From positions 741,878-805,877 of the forward strand of contig NW_003314277.1 of the NCBI RefSeq assembly GCF_000143415.4: a stretch of 64,000 bases of DNA. The letters are read 5' to 3'. The notes beneath the pieces were generated by a model, which saw only the letters and a list, made by a program, of their open reading frames with translations, had not been told where the DNA came from and did no database searches. Shown here one piece after another: positions 50,201-64,000 of the stretch (within the stretch, counting starts at the first letter, position 1; each line of letters begins with the position of its first letter). This DNA is from Selaginella moellendorffii (taxonomy: Eukaryota > Plantae > Lycopodiophyta). Made by a program: the position numbers and the translations under genes.

Positions 50201-50430
50201 TCGGCGCTCAGCACAGCTGCAACAGTCGCAAACTAGACTAAGAAAGATTTCGACAGAAATTCGATCGCGAAGGAAGAAATCCTCGAAATATTTCGCTGGA
50301 AAGAATCAGGCAAATCGCGAGATCAACACTTACATCCGATGATATTTCCGAGATGCGGCACGTTGTTCACGTATGGCAGCGCCGATGTGACGAGGATGTT
50401 CCTCCGCCCCGCGCACGGCAGCTTCGCCAT
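47227..50430 (-). CDS. MetRS: Cytosolic methionyl-tRNA synthetase with C-terminal tRNA-binding (EMAP II-like) domain, multi-exon
   Basis: [82 protein letters not shown]. Confidence 0.95.
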
Positions 50431-50544
50431 GGCTAGAACCCTAATCCCCAAAACCCTAAAACAAAGTGGCTCTAAAACTCTCTACTTCGGAATAAAACCA
50501 TGGCAAAGAAGAATACAATGGGATGGATGGAAATGCTTGGTTTT

Positions 50545-51523
50545 TTACAGGGCCATTTCCGCCTGTAAGGCCGCTAGTTCATCGTCCTCGGCTACGTTGG
50601 TGGCAGGGACCCGTTGTTGAGGAACTTGAGCTTGAGGAGCTCGGCTTGGAACACGATTTGGAGCTGGGATTGGAGTCGGAGCTGCTGTCGCTGGCTTGAG
50701 CAATTGTTCTTCCAACTCCGCTCCTTCCAAATCCTCGAGCTCGGCCTCCAAATCATCCTGGAACAGATAAGAAAGATCAAACAAAGCTTAGAGTGTCTCT
50801 TTTTCTCGGATCTCTTACGTCGTCAAATTCGCCGGCAGCACCGAATGGAGCCGAGAGAGCTTCCTGGATTTGCTTGATGTTCTCGGTCTGCTCGTTCACC
50901 TCATCCATAGTTTTGTCTACGTCGTCGATGTTCCTGAGAGATGACCAACGAGCTGATGAATGGAGAAAACAGAAAAACCTTGAAGAGAACTTACGTAGCT
51001 TTTTGGATTGCTTTCATGGCTGCAGCTCCACTTCTCAGAGCGTCGACTGTTTCCGTGGTTGCCTTGGCGCCCTCAAGCAAAATCATCTAGCAAAAGCACA
51101 CAAAACCATAAACCCAATCACCACCAATCTTTTGAAGTCAAAAGAAGAGAAGACTCTTACTTGATCATGAATTCGCAGCTGAAAGTTTCCTAGTTGCTCG
51201 ATGTGAGTCTCGTAGATCTTCTTTTTCTTGAGGCAAGCAATAGCAGCTGCACTAGATCACCATCTCTGAGCTTCATGAAAACAATCTCTATGCTCACCTT
51301 TCTTGTTCTTAACACGCGTGTACTCTCTGGCCTTCTCGATCTCCGCCGCGATCTTCTTCTGGAGCACCCTCTCCTTCTTCTCTAGCATCTCCAAAGTCTA
51401 CAAAAAAATTCGATCTCCAAAGCTAAAGAAGCAAGAGATCCAAAAACACACCTCATTTAGCTTGTCGAGCGTAGTCAAAGTCGATGGCTCAACCTTGGGC
51501 TTGCCAAACATCCGACTAAACAT
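50545..51523 (-). CDS. SNF7: ESCRT-III subunit SNF7/VPS32, multi-exon
   Basis: MFSRMFGKPK..TLDKLNE, LEGAKATTET, VDKTMDEVNEQTENIKQIQEAL, DDELAALQAEMAL*. Confidence 0.93.
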
Positions 51524-53027
51524 GGCTGCTGCCTCAGGAGTCCGATCAGATCGCCCAGGAATTCCACTCGCCTAGCACTACGATCTATCGATCGCTAAAG
51601 AAACTCCCATCCACAGCCCCAGGGCAGCGCATTGACCGATCGCAGCACCGTGTGGAGCACCCAGTCCAAGCCTAGGGCGCCCGAAAAGCCTACCTTCGCT
51701 TTCTCTGCGCTCCAGTCGCCTTCGTTACCCTATTTCCTCTGAGAAAATGCGCAGGGAATATGCGCTTTAATACCGCCGGGAATCGAACCGTTAAAAAACA
51801 AAAGTTTAAGAAGATGCAGGGTTCGATTCCATTGACGGACAAAGTCCACGTTGACTGAAACTCTGACCATTAGAGTTTACTGTAACTTTGACCATTTCAT
51901 TCAAGAACCCTAAATGAAACATCGTTTGGATGATGTGACTTTGGATTAAATTAAAGTTCCCAGACTGAGGGAACAAGCTCGTCCACGATGGACAATCCCT
52001 CCCCAACCACAGAATCTCAAGACCTAAAAGCTGGGAGGCGTCGAAAGCGCCACCTCGATCGAGCCGCTGGCGCCCCACCAGTCTAGATCATCCACCGTCA
52101 CTCTGCAAACGTCCTAGAGCATCTTTCCTGCAGTGGACACGAATCCTCCACGATTCTTGGTGCCAGCATACGTTTTCAGAAGGGGGTCTGGACAAAAGAG
52201 ACACACTGAAAATAACAAGGACAATAATGATACAATATACTATAGCAAATGTTTGATGGGGGAGTGATCAATTAGATTTTGATTTCGATGATCCATCAAT
52301 CGGTCACTCACATTTTTTGACGGGTTCGATCCCATGCGTCTGATTGGGCACAAAAACATTAATGGATTTAAAATATGTAATAATAATAATGATATTTTGA
52401 TCGTTCTCTCACATTTTTAATTTGGGTGATCAATCAATTGCTCTCTCACAGATAGTCGAGTCTATAACGAGCTAGGTTTTCACGAGCTAACTAGGAGGAT
52501 ATAAAAGCCTCGTCGTCTCGAGGTGTGAAATTTTTGAGGGAGCCAAGAACACGCGACAAAAGAACAAAGGGTGTCACAGTTTGAGCGGTGGAGCTCCAAC
52601 GGTGAGTGGGTGTGACGCTGATCCCACAACGAAAAAAAATACTCAAAATATTCCTCTTTTATATACAATTCTCCCTCATTTTTTCTATCCATTTTTTAAC
52701 AAAAAACAATCTGGAAAGAGACCATTTCTCCACAAAATTTGCACTCGCCAAGTGTTGCGCGTCACACACCGCCGCGCTAAACGCATGAAGGTTAGGTTAG
52801 AATAAGTTCTGGAATATTCTCCGGGCCTAGACAGGTTTGGTGTAGGTTTGGAGGCGCTTTACGAATATTTAGGGCTGCCGAGGCCCCGGCATTTCCTCTC
52901 AGCTGGTTTCGCTCGATCGATCGATCGCATCGGGCGCTCTCTCCCACCTCGCAGCTCAGTTCTCGATCGGCTCCTCTAGATTAGCTCCTTCTATTCCTTT
53001 GATTGCTCGCGTCTTGCTTGCTCGAAT

Positions 53028-55161
<2,134 letters not shown>

Positions 55162-55738
55162 GAGGATGAATGGTAGATGGAAGGAAGCAAAGGATGATCC
55201 AAGCAAAGCAACCAAAGTTGTGTGAAGAAAAAAGAAAACAATCCAGAAAACAATCCATTGTTGTTGGAGATGGAGGGGATCGGTAGTCTTCGTGATGTTC
55301 TCGTCCATCATTGTAATGCCGCTGTGGCCGCAGATTTTTTCGATCAAGCAAGATCTTGTCTTTTATCTTCTAAGTTCCTTTTTTTTCTTTTTCCTGGGTT
55401 TTAAAGTCCCGGCATTTCGCCATGATTTTAGAGAAAGAAGGTTTTCACTTGATCGAAACAGAAAACTTCTCGGTGATCTCTCTCTCACAAGTTGCATGAG
55501 CTTGGATCTTGGTAATAAGTTATACAGTTTAGTAAGAGCTCTCTCTCTCTTTCTCTCTGTTTTTTTTGTTCTCTTAGGTAGTGTGTGCTCTTCGCGGGTA
55601 CGAGCCATCATGGATTGAACCAACAAAGAAGAGAGAGAGAGAGAGAGGGGAGGGGAGCGTCTAGGAGTTTAGTTTCTAGCGCAAAGGAAGGATTTTGCGG
55701 GATCTAGGAGGAGAGACGAAGAAGAAGAAGAGAGAATC

Positions 55739-56813
55739 ATGAACTTCAAGGATCGGGGGAGCGATATGTGGCGAGTATGGCCGACGCTGATGAGGAGGGC
55801 GCTGCCAATCTTTGGAGCCGAGGAGCCGCAAGCCGTAAGTTTTGGCTGGATTTCTTTGCTTGGATGGATCGCAGGGAAAAAAAACGACTTGGGGGTTTTT
55901 GGTTTTGCTTGCTTGCTTGGTCTTGGTCGGTGAACGAGCATTTGGATCACTGGTGGGAATGATCCATGCATTGGGTGCTTGGAATGCGGGCTTGCGGCTG
56001 ATATTCTGCCGTGCTTGCAGACGATTCCAGCCCGAAGATCAAACGTACCGGCGTCCGTACGGATGGATCCCGACAAGTAAGTTGTATCATCTTTGTCTTA
56101 GCAAGAACAAAGTTTCGCGATGGTTAATTCCTACTTTCTTTGTTCTTTTGCTTGCCCAGGCCTCGTCCTTGGCGATATGTTCGATGGCAGAAAGCCAACG
56201 AGAAACAAAATCTGATGCCCAAGCCAAAAGGTAAGAACACTTTGTTTTTTCCTGTTCTTCTCTTCGTTTTTCTTTTCTTCTTCTTGGGTGATGTTTCGAT
56301 CTCTCTACTTGGTTGTGTAGTGAGCAGACCCAAAGGAAACTACGTGTACAAGGTTCTACCCGGCGAGGACTTGGGAGACATCTCCTCCAAGCACGAAACT
56401 TTCACCGAAGTTGTCATGGAGGTCTGGCCAAAGTTCTATCATCCCTGTGGTTTGATCCTTTCGTTTCTTCTTGCATTACTTTGCACAGGCAAACAAGATC
56501 TTAAACCCGGCAAATGTTGCTACCGGCCAGCTCCTCTGGATCCCTCGGACTCATCACATACAAAAGGTTGTTCTCTTGGGCTTCATCGCTAGAAAACTTT
56601 GAGCGTGACATGATACATCTCCAGGGAAACACGCTCTGGTCTCTCTCTCGCAAGTTCAAAGTGTCCATCTCCACAATCCAGACTGCGAACGGGATTGAGA
56701 ATCCGGATCTTATATTCGCGGGTGAGTGCCAACCTCGTATAAGTTTATAGCACCCAATCTTCACCCTCGCATTTCCAGGTGATATTCTAGTGATCCCGAA
56801 TGAACAAAAATGA
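55739..56813 (+). CDS. Small protein with two C-terminal LysM domains (5' end uncertain)
   Basis: YKVLPGEDLGDISSKH..ANKILNPANVATGQLLWIP and GNTLWSLSRKFKVSISTIQTANGIENPDLIFAGDILVIP across spliced exons. Confidence 0.75.
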
Positions 56814-57013
56814 CTTGGATGGTTTTCGCCACCAAATTTTCTGGGTATTGTATCACATAAAAGATACTCCAAGCAAAAAAAAAGTAAAAAGTAAAAACCA
56901 AACTTGTAAATTCTTAAGTTGTAGAAATATTTGAGTTTTGTAAAAAAAAATATAATTTTGTGGTAATATCGGGTAAAAACTTCTAAATTATCATTGGACG
57001 TTCTATAGTTTAG

Positions 57014-59287
57014 TCAATCGCAGTGTTTGTAGATGTTAGAGAGCTCCACATATGCTGCCGAGCTACTGGGTTCAAGCTCTGAGATCTTCCAAGAAGCCTG
57101 CATTCCACAATCCACATCATGGTAAACTTTGGACGCAGAGAGCAAGCTCCCCCAAGCAGCACCATCCGCGCAGAAAGGCATCACGTCTATAAGCTCTTGG
57201 GCTTGGCCGATCCATCCAGCTCGCCCCAGAAGATCGATCAAACACCCATAGTGATCTCTCGTTGCTTGCAAGCCGTAATCCTGCGAGATCGAGACGAATG
57301 CCCGCCACCCGGAATCCAGTGATCCAAGCCGGCTGCAAGTCGCCAGGACTTTAAGAAGCGTGGACTCGTTCACCTCGACGCCGTTGACGTTCATGAGCTC
57401 GAAGAGCTTTACCGCTCCCTCGGTATGCCCGTTTTGGGCATATGCCGAGATGATCGAGTTCCAGCAAACTGTGTCATGGGTCGGCAGTGAATCGAAAATC
57501 TCTCGTGCCTGAGCGATGAAACCGTGCTGGGAGTAAATGCTGATCATTGTCGTGTAAGTGATTGTATCACGATCTTCCATTGCATCAAAGATGGCTTTGA
57601 CTTGCGCGAGATCACTGGCTTGAGCATAAGCAGCCATGAGCGCGTTATAAGAAACGACGCTGGGATCTGGGATCATGTCAAACATCTTTTGTGCTTCGCG
57701 AAGATCACCACACTGGCCGTAGAGCGTCACCATGTTCGTCCACGAGATCGTGTTTGGCTCCGGTATCTGGTCGAAGACGCACCTTGCGTGATCGACGTTT
57801 CTCGCCGTGACGAAGACAGTGATCATCATGTTCCAACACAGGACGTCCCTGTGCGGCATCCGATCAAAGACCATCTTCGCCTTGTCCACGAATCCGGTTC
57901 GAGCGTACGCCTGAAAGAGCAAATGCCACGCCGCATTGCAGTGCTCGGGCATCTCATCGAAACATCTCTGTGTCTCATTGACAAGATCACGCTGGGAATA
58001 AGCAGCAAGCATCGTCACCCAAGAGACCACATTTCTCTGCGGCATTTCATCAAAGAGATCGCGAGCTCTACACAAATACCCTGCATCAGCATACACTGCA
58101 ACCAGCGCTGTCCACGACACAACGTCCCACTCAGGCATCCGATCAAAAATCTCTTTCGCCCCCTCAAAACACTGGCTCTCTACGTAAGCCTGAAGCATCG
58201 CATTCCACGATACAACATTTTTTTCGGGCGATCGATCAAACAATCTCTTCGCCTCGGACAGATTCCCGTGCCGACCATACCCCGCGATCATGGTCGTCCA
58301 CGTCACCACGGTACGCTCCTCCATCGCATCGAACGCCTTGCACGCCTCATCCATGCGGCCGTATTGTACGTAGGCGGCAATCAAAGTGTTCCACGCCACC
58401 GTATCCCTCTCGGGCATGGCGTCGAAGACCGACTTTGCATCGTCCATTTGACCGGCGTCAACGTAAGCCCTGAACATTATGTTCCACGTCACAGTGTTTC
58501 GGACATCCATGCAGTCAAACATTCTCTTGGCTTCTAAAATTTGCCCAGTCTCGGCATATGCTCCGACCATTGCTGTCCAGGAGACCACATCCCTGTCTGG
58601 CATGCTGTCGAAGATTCTCTTTGCCTCCTTGAATCTTCCGGCACCAGCGTAGGCGTGGAAAATAAGATTCCACGACACTACGTTTTTCTCCGGCATGGAA
58701 TCAAACACACCTCTGGCCTTTGATAAATACCCGCTTTTGGCATATACCGAAATCATGTTGTTCCAGGATATCACGGTCTTTGAAGGAGTTTGATCGAATA
58801 TATCTTTAGCCTTGTCAATGCAACCTCTTTGGGAGTACGCGCCTATCATGATGTTGCAAGCGACGGAATCTTTCCTGGGAAGGGAGTGAAAGATTCGCTC
58901 TGCGTCTTTTAGATGCCCGGCTTGGGCATATGCCTTGATTAGCGCGGAGGATGATACCAGATCCTTGACCGGCATCTTGTTGAAGAGATCCTTTGCCTCG
59001 CCGAGATTCTTGCTGGCCGCGTAGGCATGGAGGATGCTGCTCCACGAGAAGAGGTTAGGGCGAGGGATCTCGTCGAAGACTTGGCGGGCATCGCGCAAGC
59101 TCCCGCATTTGCCATACTTCTGGACGAGCAGATTGGCGAGGAAGATGTTGTGGGAATGGCTGCTCTCGCGGACGCGCCCATGGATTCGCTTGCATTCTTC
59201 CAAATCTCTGGCTCTTCTGATCGATCGAGCAAGATCTTCGACTGGATCAACCGCGCCTTGCTCGAGACAACTAGCCCTTTGCAGCAT
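57014..59287 (-). CDS. PLS-class PPR-E protein dominated by tandem 31-aa S/SS motifs (~757 aa; start MLQRASC)
   Basis: Repeated FDxMPEkdVVSW units; HYGCLIDLLGRAG; AYVELSNIY. The longer 5' part of the ORF is antisense to the SHIPPO gene. Confidence 0.9.
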   Translation of the reverse strand: MLQRASCLEQGAVDPVEDLARSIRRARDLEECKRIHGRVRESSHSHNIFLANLLVQKYGKCGSLRDARQVFDEIPRPNLFSWSSILHAYAASKNLGEAKDLFNKMPVKDLVSSSALIKAYAQAGHLKDAERIFHSLPRKDSVACNIMIGAYSQRGCIDKAKDIFDQTPSKTVISWNNMISVYAKSGYLSKARGVFDSMPEKNVVSWNLIFHAYAGAGRFKEAKRIFDSMPDRDVVSWTAMVGAYAETGQILEAKRMFDCMDVRNTVTWNIMFRAYVDAGQMDDAKSVFDAMPERDTVAWNTLIAAYVQYGRMDEACKAFDAMEERTVVTWTTMIAGYGRHGNLSEAKRLFDRSPEKNVVSWNAMLQAYVESQCFEGAKEIFDRMPEWDVVSWTALVAVYADAGYLCRARDLFDEMPQRNVVSWVTMLAAYSQRDLVNETQRCFDEMPEHCNAAWHLLFQAYARTGFVDKAKMVFDRMPHRDVLCWNMMITVFVTARNVDHARCVFDQIPEPNTISWTNMVTLYGQCGDLREAQKMFDMIPDPSVVSYNALMAAYAQASDLAQVKAIFDAMEDRDTITYTTMISIYSQHGFIAQAREIFDSLPTHDTVCWNSIISAYAQNGHTEGAVKLFELMNVNGVEVNESTLLKVLATCSRLGSLDSGWRAFVSISQDYGLQATRDHYGCLIDLLGRAGWIGQAQELIDVMPFCADGAAWGSLLSASKVYHDVDCGMQASWKISELEPSSSAAYVELSNIYKHCD

Positions 59288-59515
59288 ACGAATGTTTACC
59301 CGCCAAATTTTAAAAAGATACCAAGAATATGCCAATCTGATTTTAGGGTTCTTCGGCAGGGATTTTGCGGGTCGCGGCTGCCGACCGAAGAGCCGCCATG
59401 GCCTGGCACCCCATCGCCGTCGCTCCGTGGCTAGGGTTCTCACTGGCGCCGCCGCCGCTCCGCAATATCCTATGCGGCACCGGATCCATCGCTCGGCGAG
59501 GCAGAGGCATCCTCG

Positions 59516-61333
59516 ATGAGCACGGGAGGCAGCAGGTCCGCGACACCGATGCCCAGCATCGGCGGGAGCTCCTCCCCGCCGCGGCGGCGGCGGCGGCGGA
59601 CGAACACCCCGGGGCCAGGTGCATACTCTCCACTCATCCCTACATCGGCTCCAAAGTACAGCCTTGCGAGCCGATTGACGTCGCGAGGTGAGTCTGACAA
59701 TCCGGGGCCGGGCACTTACAAGCTCGGTTCCATGCTCGGTGGCCCATCCTACACGATCAAGGGAAGAACCGAGCTTCACCAACGAGAGCAGACCCCCGGG
59801 CCCGGCGCCTATAACCAGCTCTCGAGGCCGAGCTCTCCGGCATTTTCTCTCTCGGGTAGGCTTCGCCGACAAGTGGGCGAGAACGTCCCTGGTCCCGGAT
59901 CTTACGAGCTGGGCAGCACGCTCGACACGCAGGGGATTCGAATCCATGGCAAGCTCAAGACTCTGGGCAGGCCAGAGTCTCCCGGCCCGGGGGCGTATGA
60001 TCCAAACTCGAGAACTGGAAGTCCATCGCCACCTTCTTACTCCCTCGGCCCAAGGACTTTCTACGAGCACACAGAGGACACCCCAGGGCCGGGAGCTTAT
60101 GGTCGGGGAAAGGCATCCAGTGGGCCTGCTTACAGCCTTTCTGGGAGGCTTGGAGACGGCGGTGCCAGGAACCAAAACCCGGGACCAGGAACCTACGAGC
60201 CCAACATCAACTCGAGAAGCCCGTCACCTCCATCCTACTCGCTCGGATCCAGAGTGTTCTACGAGCATTCCTCCGAGACTCCTGGGCCGGGAACTTACAG
60301 CCGGTCTCGGAGTCCCACTGGCCCCGCTTACAGCCTTTCTGGGAGGCTGTCCGAGACGAAGAGCGCGCAGAATCCAGGCCCCGGCGCTTACGACCCGACT
60401 GGCAAGGTGGTGTACCGGGCACCACCGGCTTACTCGATGGGAGGTCAGCTCCACTACGCTTACAACGAGAACACTCCAGGACCCGGGAGCTACAACATCA
60501 AGTCCGGGGCGACGGGGCCATCCTACTCTCTCTCGGGAGTTCTTGCCAAGCGGAGGCCCGAGCAGAGTCCCGGCCCGGGAGCCTACAGCGTCGCAGTTAT
60601 CTCCCTCGCGCCAGCTTACTCGCTCTCCGGGAGGCTTGAGCGCAAGTTGCGAGAGGACACTCCAGGCCCCGGCGCGTACTCGCTGGGGAGCTCCATGGAG
60701 GGGCCGTCTTTCAGCTTGTATGGACGACTCACGCCGCTCCAGAGGACTTTCTATCCCGGCCCGGGTGCTTACACCGTCATTGGCAAGTCGGAGACTCCAG
60801 CTTTCAGCATAGGACGCAGGCTCATGCACGCATCCGGAGAGACGACTCCGGGGCCCGGGCAGTATGGCCGGCCGATGATCAAGTCGGGGGCGCCGAAGTA
60901 TAGCATGGGAGAGAGGCTGGCGAACAGCAAGAGAGAACCGGGACCCGGCCCTGGAGCTTATCATATGGATCTCAAGAGCGAGCTTCCTTCGTTTAGCCTC
61001 GCTGGTCGGCTTCCACTTCTAACGGCGGCTGTGACTCCAGGCCCGGGAGCTTACAACATCAAGGGCGCTCTGGAGGGTCCTGCCTATAGCTTGACGAGCC
61101 GGGGGCACGATTTAACTCGGAGTGTAAGTCCAGGTCCAGGAGCTTACGATCCCAGAGCCGCGATGGTGCTGAACAAGCCGCCAGCGTTTAGCTTGAGTGG
61201 CCGGCTCAAGCACCTCGGGCGCGAGGAGACTCCCGGGCCGGGTGCTTACAACGTCCGGATCAAACCAGACGGGCCGGCTTACACGATGAGACCGCGGCTG
61301 GATTTCGATTACGAGGACGGGGAGGACGAGTGA
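59516..61333 (+). CDS. SHIPPO-repeat (sperm-tail PG-rich repeat, ODF3/STPG-like) axonemal protein
   Basis: 18 PGPGxY repeats, most followed by P.(Y/F)S(L/M).GR, at ~32-aa spacing. Confidence 0.85.
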   Translation: MSTGGSRSATPMPSIGGSSSPPRRRRRRTNTPGPGAYSPLIPTSAPKYSLASRLTSRGESDNPGPGTYKLGSMLGGPSYTIKGRTELHQREQTPGPGAYNQLSRPSSPAFSLSGRLRRQVGENVPGPGSYELGSTLDTQGIRIHGKLKTLGRPESPGPGAYDPNSRTGSPSPPSYSLGPRTFYEHTEDTPGPGAYGRGKASSGPAYSLSGRLGDGGARNQNPGPGTYEPNINSRSPSPPSYSLGSRVFYEHSSETPGPGTYSRSRSPTGPAYSLSGRLSETKSAQNPGPGAYDPTGKVVYRAPPAYSMGGQLHYAYNENTPGPGSYNIKSGATGPSYSLSGVLAKRRPEQSPGPGAYSVAVISLAPAYSLSGRLERKLREDTPGPGAYSLGSSMEGPSFSLYGRLTPLQRTFYPGPGAYTVIGKSETPAFSIGRRLMHASGETTPGPGQYGRPMIKSGAPKYSMGERLANSKREPGPGPGAYHMDLKSELPSFSLAGRLPLLTAAVTPGPGAYNIKGALEGPAYSLTSRGHDLTRSVSPGPGAYDPRAAMVLNKPPAFSLSGRLKHLGREETPGPGAYNVRIKPDGPAYTMRPRLDFDYEDGEDE

Positions 61334-61988
61334 CAAGAGAAGACGGGCCTCTCAGGAACTTGGAAGAAAGGTTTGTCAAGGTTGGTCACAAGGGACTTGG
61401 AAGATTGACATCGAGGATGGTCACAGGGACTTGGAGAAAGAGTTTGGGATCGAGGTGGAAGCAAAAGCTTACAGGGGCATCGAGAACGGAAATGTTTGAG
61501 CAGCAGCAGCTGGCCCCGAGTTTGGATCGAGCAAAATGGTGGTGGTGGCTGGTTTTCTCCTGCTTTACTCCAGAACTTCGATGATACATACTTCTCCAAG
61601 GACTTTGATGATAAGCACTTAAAAATGCTCCTGGGTGCTTTGCTTTAGTATCTCAGCATTAAACTGGATGGTCAAACGTTCAAACGTATGACGTGGAATG
61701 ACATGCTGGCGGTCAGCCCCAAGAAAGTAGCAGTTGCCTTGCGGACTTTGATCACTCTTGGCGAACTCTACAAGGCTGACATAAAATGCATATGTTTCAA
61801 ACTCGAAGAACCTGGAGTGAGCATCAAGGGATTCTCATGGACTAAGCACCAAGAGTTTTGAAACAATGCCTTGACACACTGCAAATAAGTTGCTGAAGCT
61901 AAAAGAACTTCAGCAAGCTGAAGGATGACCACCTAGGCAAAATGCCTTCATCCGGCATTTGCTGAAACACACCATCCTCGTAGATACC

Positions 61989-62696
61989 TTATTTATCTTT
62001 AGCTACAGGATCCATCAACCCCGAAGAACCTCGACGTCCAAGACTCTTGGGATCGCTGCTGGGAGGCACGCTGAGCTTGTAAAACGTTGTGCATGGCCGA
62101 ATCGTTGTTGTGGAGACACGAACGTGGCAATCACGGGTGGCGCTCCAGCTGACGAACGCTTGAGAAGTTTTTGTGCTACGCTGTGAGCTGCCAGAAGAAC
62201 ATTCCACTTCCCAGGAGTGATTTTGTGTCGAGAAAACTCCGGGAGCATCATCGTCCGGGCTCACAGCATCGCACGGGCTCGCAACCATCTTGTTGCGATC
62301 CACGGCAAGGGCCATATGCAAAAACTGTCGAACTAGTGTCCAGTGATGGCGATGAGGGAAGAGGATCTCATCGATCCTGAACCGGATTGTATACCCTTGG
62401 TGTCGGTCCCTCCCCATTCCAGTTGCCACCGACAACGTATGGCCGACCCTCCGTAGCCGTGGCGTTCCATTGATTCGTAAGACGCTCACTGCTTTGCTGT
62501 AGAGCTTGCTGCCGAGAGCCTTGCACACGAATCCCTTGCCGTGGGTTTCCGGCGCAGGAGGCAGAATCATCCACGCTTTCTTGGCGCTACTGGGATTGAA
62601 CGCCATGATCAAAAACTTTTCCCTGAGCAACACCGTCGCCTCGTCCAAGCCCTGAGCGGAGCGATCATCGTATAGCTGGAGACGAGCTTTCTCCAC
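61989..62696 (-). pseudogene. Possible degenerate Kelch/beta-propeller gene fragment
   Basis: AFNPSSAKKAWMILPP..VCKALGSKLY resembles Kelch blades; frame appears broken. Confidence 0.3.
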
Positions 62697-63326
62697 GCTC
62701 GACTCACCTTGCTCATTTTCAGTTCTTCACCAATCTACTGAAAGAGATTGAATTTTTTAAGACGCTCGACAGTCCAGACTCCAGATCTCCTAGAAAAAGG
62801 TAAGCAAGCGCATCCATCGCATTTGGACGAGGAACGTTTTCTCATCGGCGCTCGTGATGACCGCCGCACATATCCAGAAGAATGGGCGTATGGAGCTGGG
62901 ACGGCAACCATCATCCAGCTCGAACCCACGGGTCTCATACTTGATGTAAACATGAATAACGTTGTTGAACTTGGATAAGCAATTACCATTGCATTCCACG
63001 ACACCATAGCTTTTTGCCTTCGCAAACTCGCCGAGGAGACGGGTCCGACAAGCATTCTTTGCTTGATAAGGGAATCGCCACTTCATAAGCTTGTTTATGT
63101 GGAAGCAGATCATCCTTCCAGCCTTTCAGACCATTCGTGAACAGCTCGAGCAGCTCCAAGTCATCTCGGTTGCATTCTGGATGAGCAGCACCGTCTCCTC
63201 GCTACACGCTTGAAAACCAATAAGTATGCTCAGAAGCTCGCCAGACAGTGGGTTTTCAGCTTATTTCGTTTCACAGATCTATATGGTTATATATCGTTCT
63301 CTACATATCGATATTGTTCTGTTTCT

Positions 63327-64000
63327 TCAACTTTCTTGAAAGCGTCCTACAGTCTCGAGGACAAGCGGCACCCCATGGATTGGCTTCAAACCAAACTTCA
63401 TTGCAGGATTATGGCGGTAGTTCGGTGAAAGCCGGAATGAGAACCGCTGCAGTATCATAGCCAGTATGACTTTGGCTTCAATCATCGCAAACGACTGGCC
63501 TACGCACACTCGAGGGCCAAGCGAGAAGGGTATGAAAGCATTTGGATGCTTGCATGCGTTTGAAATCCCATCTTTGAACCGATCCGGATTGAACTCAGTT
63601 GCATCTTCCCCCCAGAGCTCCTTGTCGTGATGCATACCAATAACCTGGAAGGCCAAAGTCACTCCTTTTGGTACATGCAAATCCTGTAGCCAAGTCTCCA
63701 CCATGCATTCCCGAGTCATCTCGACTGCGGGTGGATACAGCCGCAGAGTCTCGTAAAGGATCGCTCCTATCTGTTGAATCGAAGTTGTCAAAGTTTTGAA
63801 CCATGAACTTATAAACATGGATGGACTTACCAGCTTGAGCTTGCTAACATTCTCGCCATCAGGTGTCTCGGTACCACAGACTTCATGTACCTCTGCTCGA
63901 GCACGGTCTTGCCATTCAGGATAGCCTCCCAACAGCATCAACGTCCAAGTTAGTAATGACGCTGTGGTCTCATGCCCCGCAAAGTAAAAGGTCTTGCATT
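63327..64000 (-). CDS. Cytochrome P450, CYP72 clan (3' part; runs off the window)
   Basis: [51 protein letters not shown]; intron ~63772-63830. Confidence 0.93.
   Translation of the reverse strand, partial: CKTFYFAGHETTASLLTWTLMLLGGYPEWQDRARAEVHEVCGTETPDGENVSKLKLVSPSMFISSWFKTLTTSIQQIGAILYETLRLYPPAVEMTRECMVETWLQDLHVPKGVTLAFQVIGMHHDKELWGEDATEFNPDRFKDGISNACKHPNAFIPFSLGPRVCVGQSFAMIEAKVILAMILQRFSFRLSPNYRHNPAMKFGLKPIHGVPLVLETVGRFQES

Noticed and set aside
51770-52335. Three B-box-like words (ggttcgattcc / ggttcgatccc) between SNF7 and MIPS
   Set aside because: No cloverleaf or acceptor stem could be folded; not called tRNA or SINE
59288-60175. N-terminal 296 aa of the 1053-aa PPR ORF
   Set aside because: Antisense shadow of the SHIPPO gene and the intergenic interval; PPR-like sequence starts at ATG 59287
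61580-63200. Additional short ORFs between the SHIPPO gene and the P450
   Set aside because: Look like decayed coding DNA, but no family could be supported

Overview
Compact, intron-rich eukaryotic DNA from a non-seed land plant, most likely a lycophyte such as Selaginella. This is inferred from ~50-60-nt introns, many intronless PLS-class PPR genes including one with a long array of 31-aa SS-type motifs, and a sperm-flagellum SHIPPO-repeat gene. The left ~47 kb is a rearranged tandem array in which each unit starts with a Crinkler/RHS-like P-loop NTPase + PD-(D/E)xK nuclease gene (770, 17462, 41211; two more decayed copies) followed by a PPR gene. Units 1 and 2 also carry an intact, unknown 4-TM glycoprotein gene whose two copies differ mainly in ectodomain patches. 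Around it is a collage of broken gene pieces (MCCA, TPR-SET, acyl carrier protein, tocopherol-cyclase-like, PPR), several joined at short microhomologies and some inverted. Unit 2 contains a 7.4-kb apparently non-autonomous LTR element (TSD AGATT) nested in an older Gypsy integrase relic, and the unit-1 copy of that relic shows dense C>T/G>A transitions. The right ~17 kb is ordinary gene-dense DNA: MetRS, SNF7, MIPS, a LysM protein, an SS-PPR, a SHIPPO-repeat protein and a partial CYP72-clan P450. All calls are by eye, without database searches.
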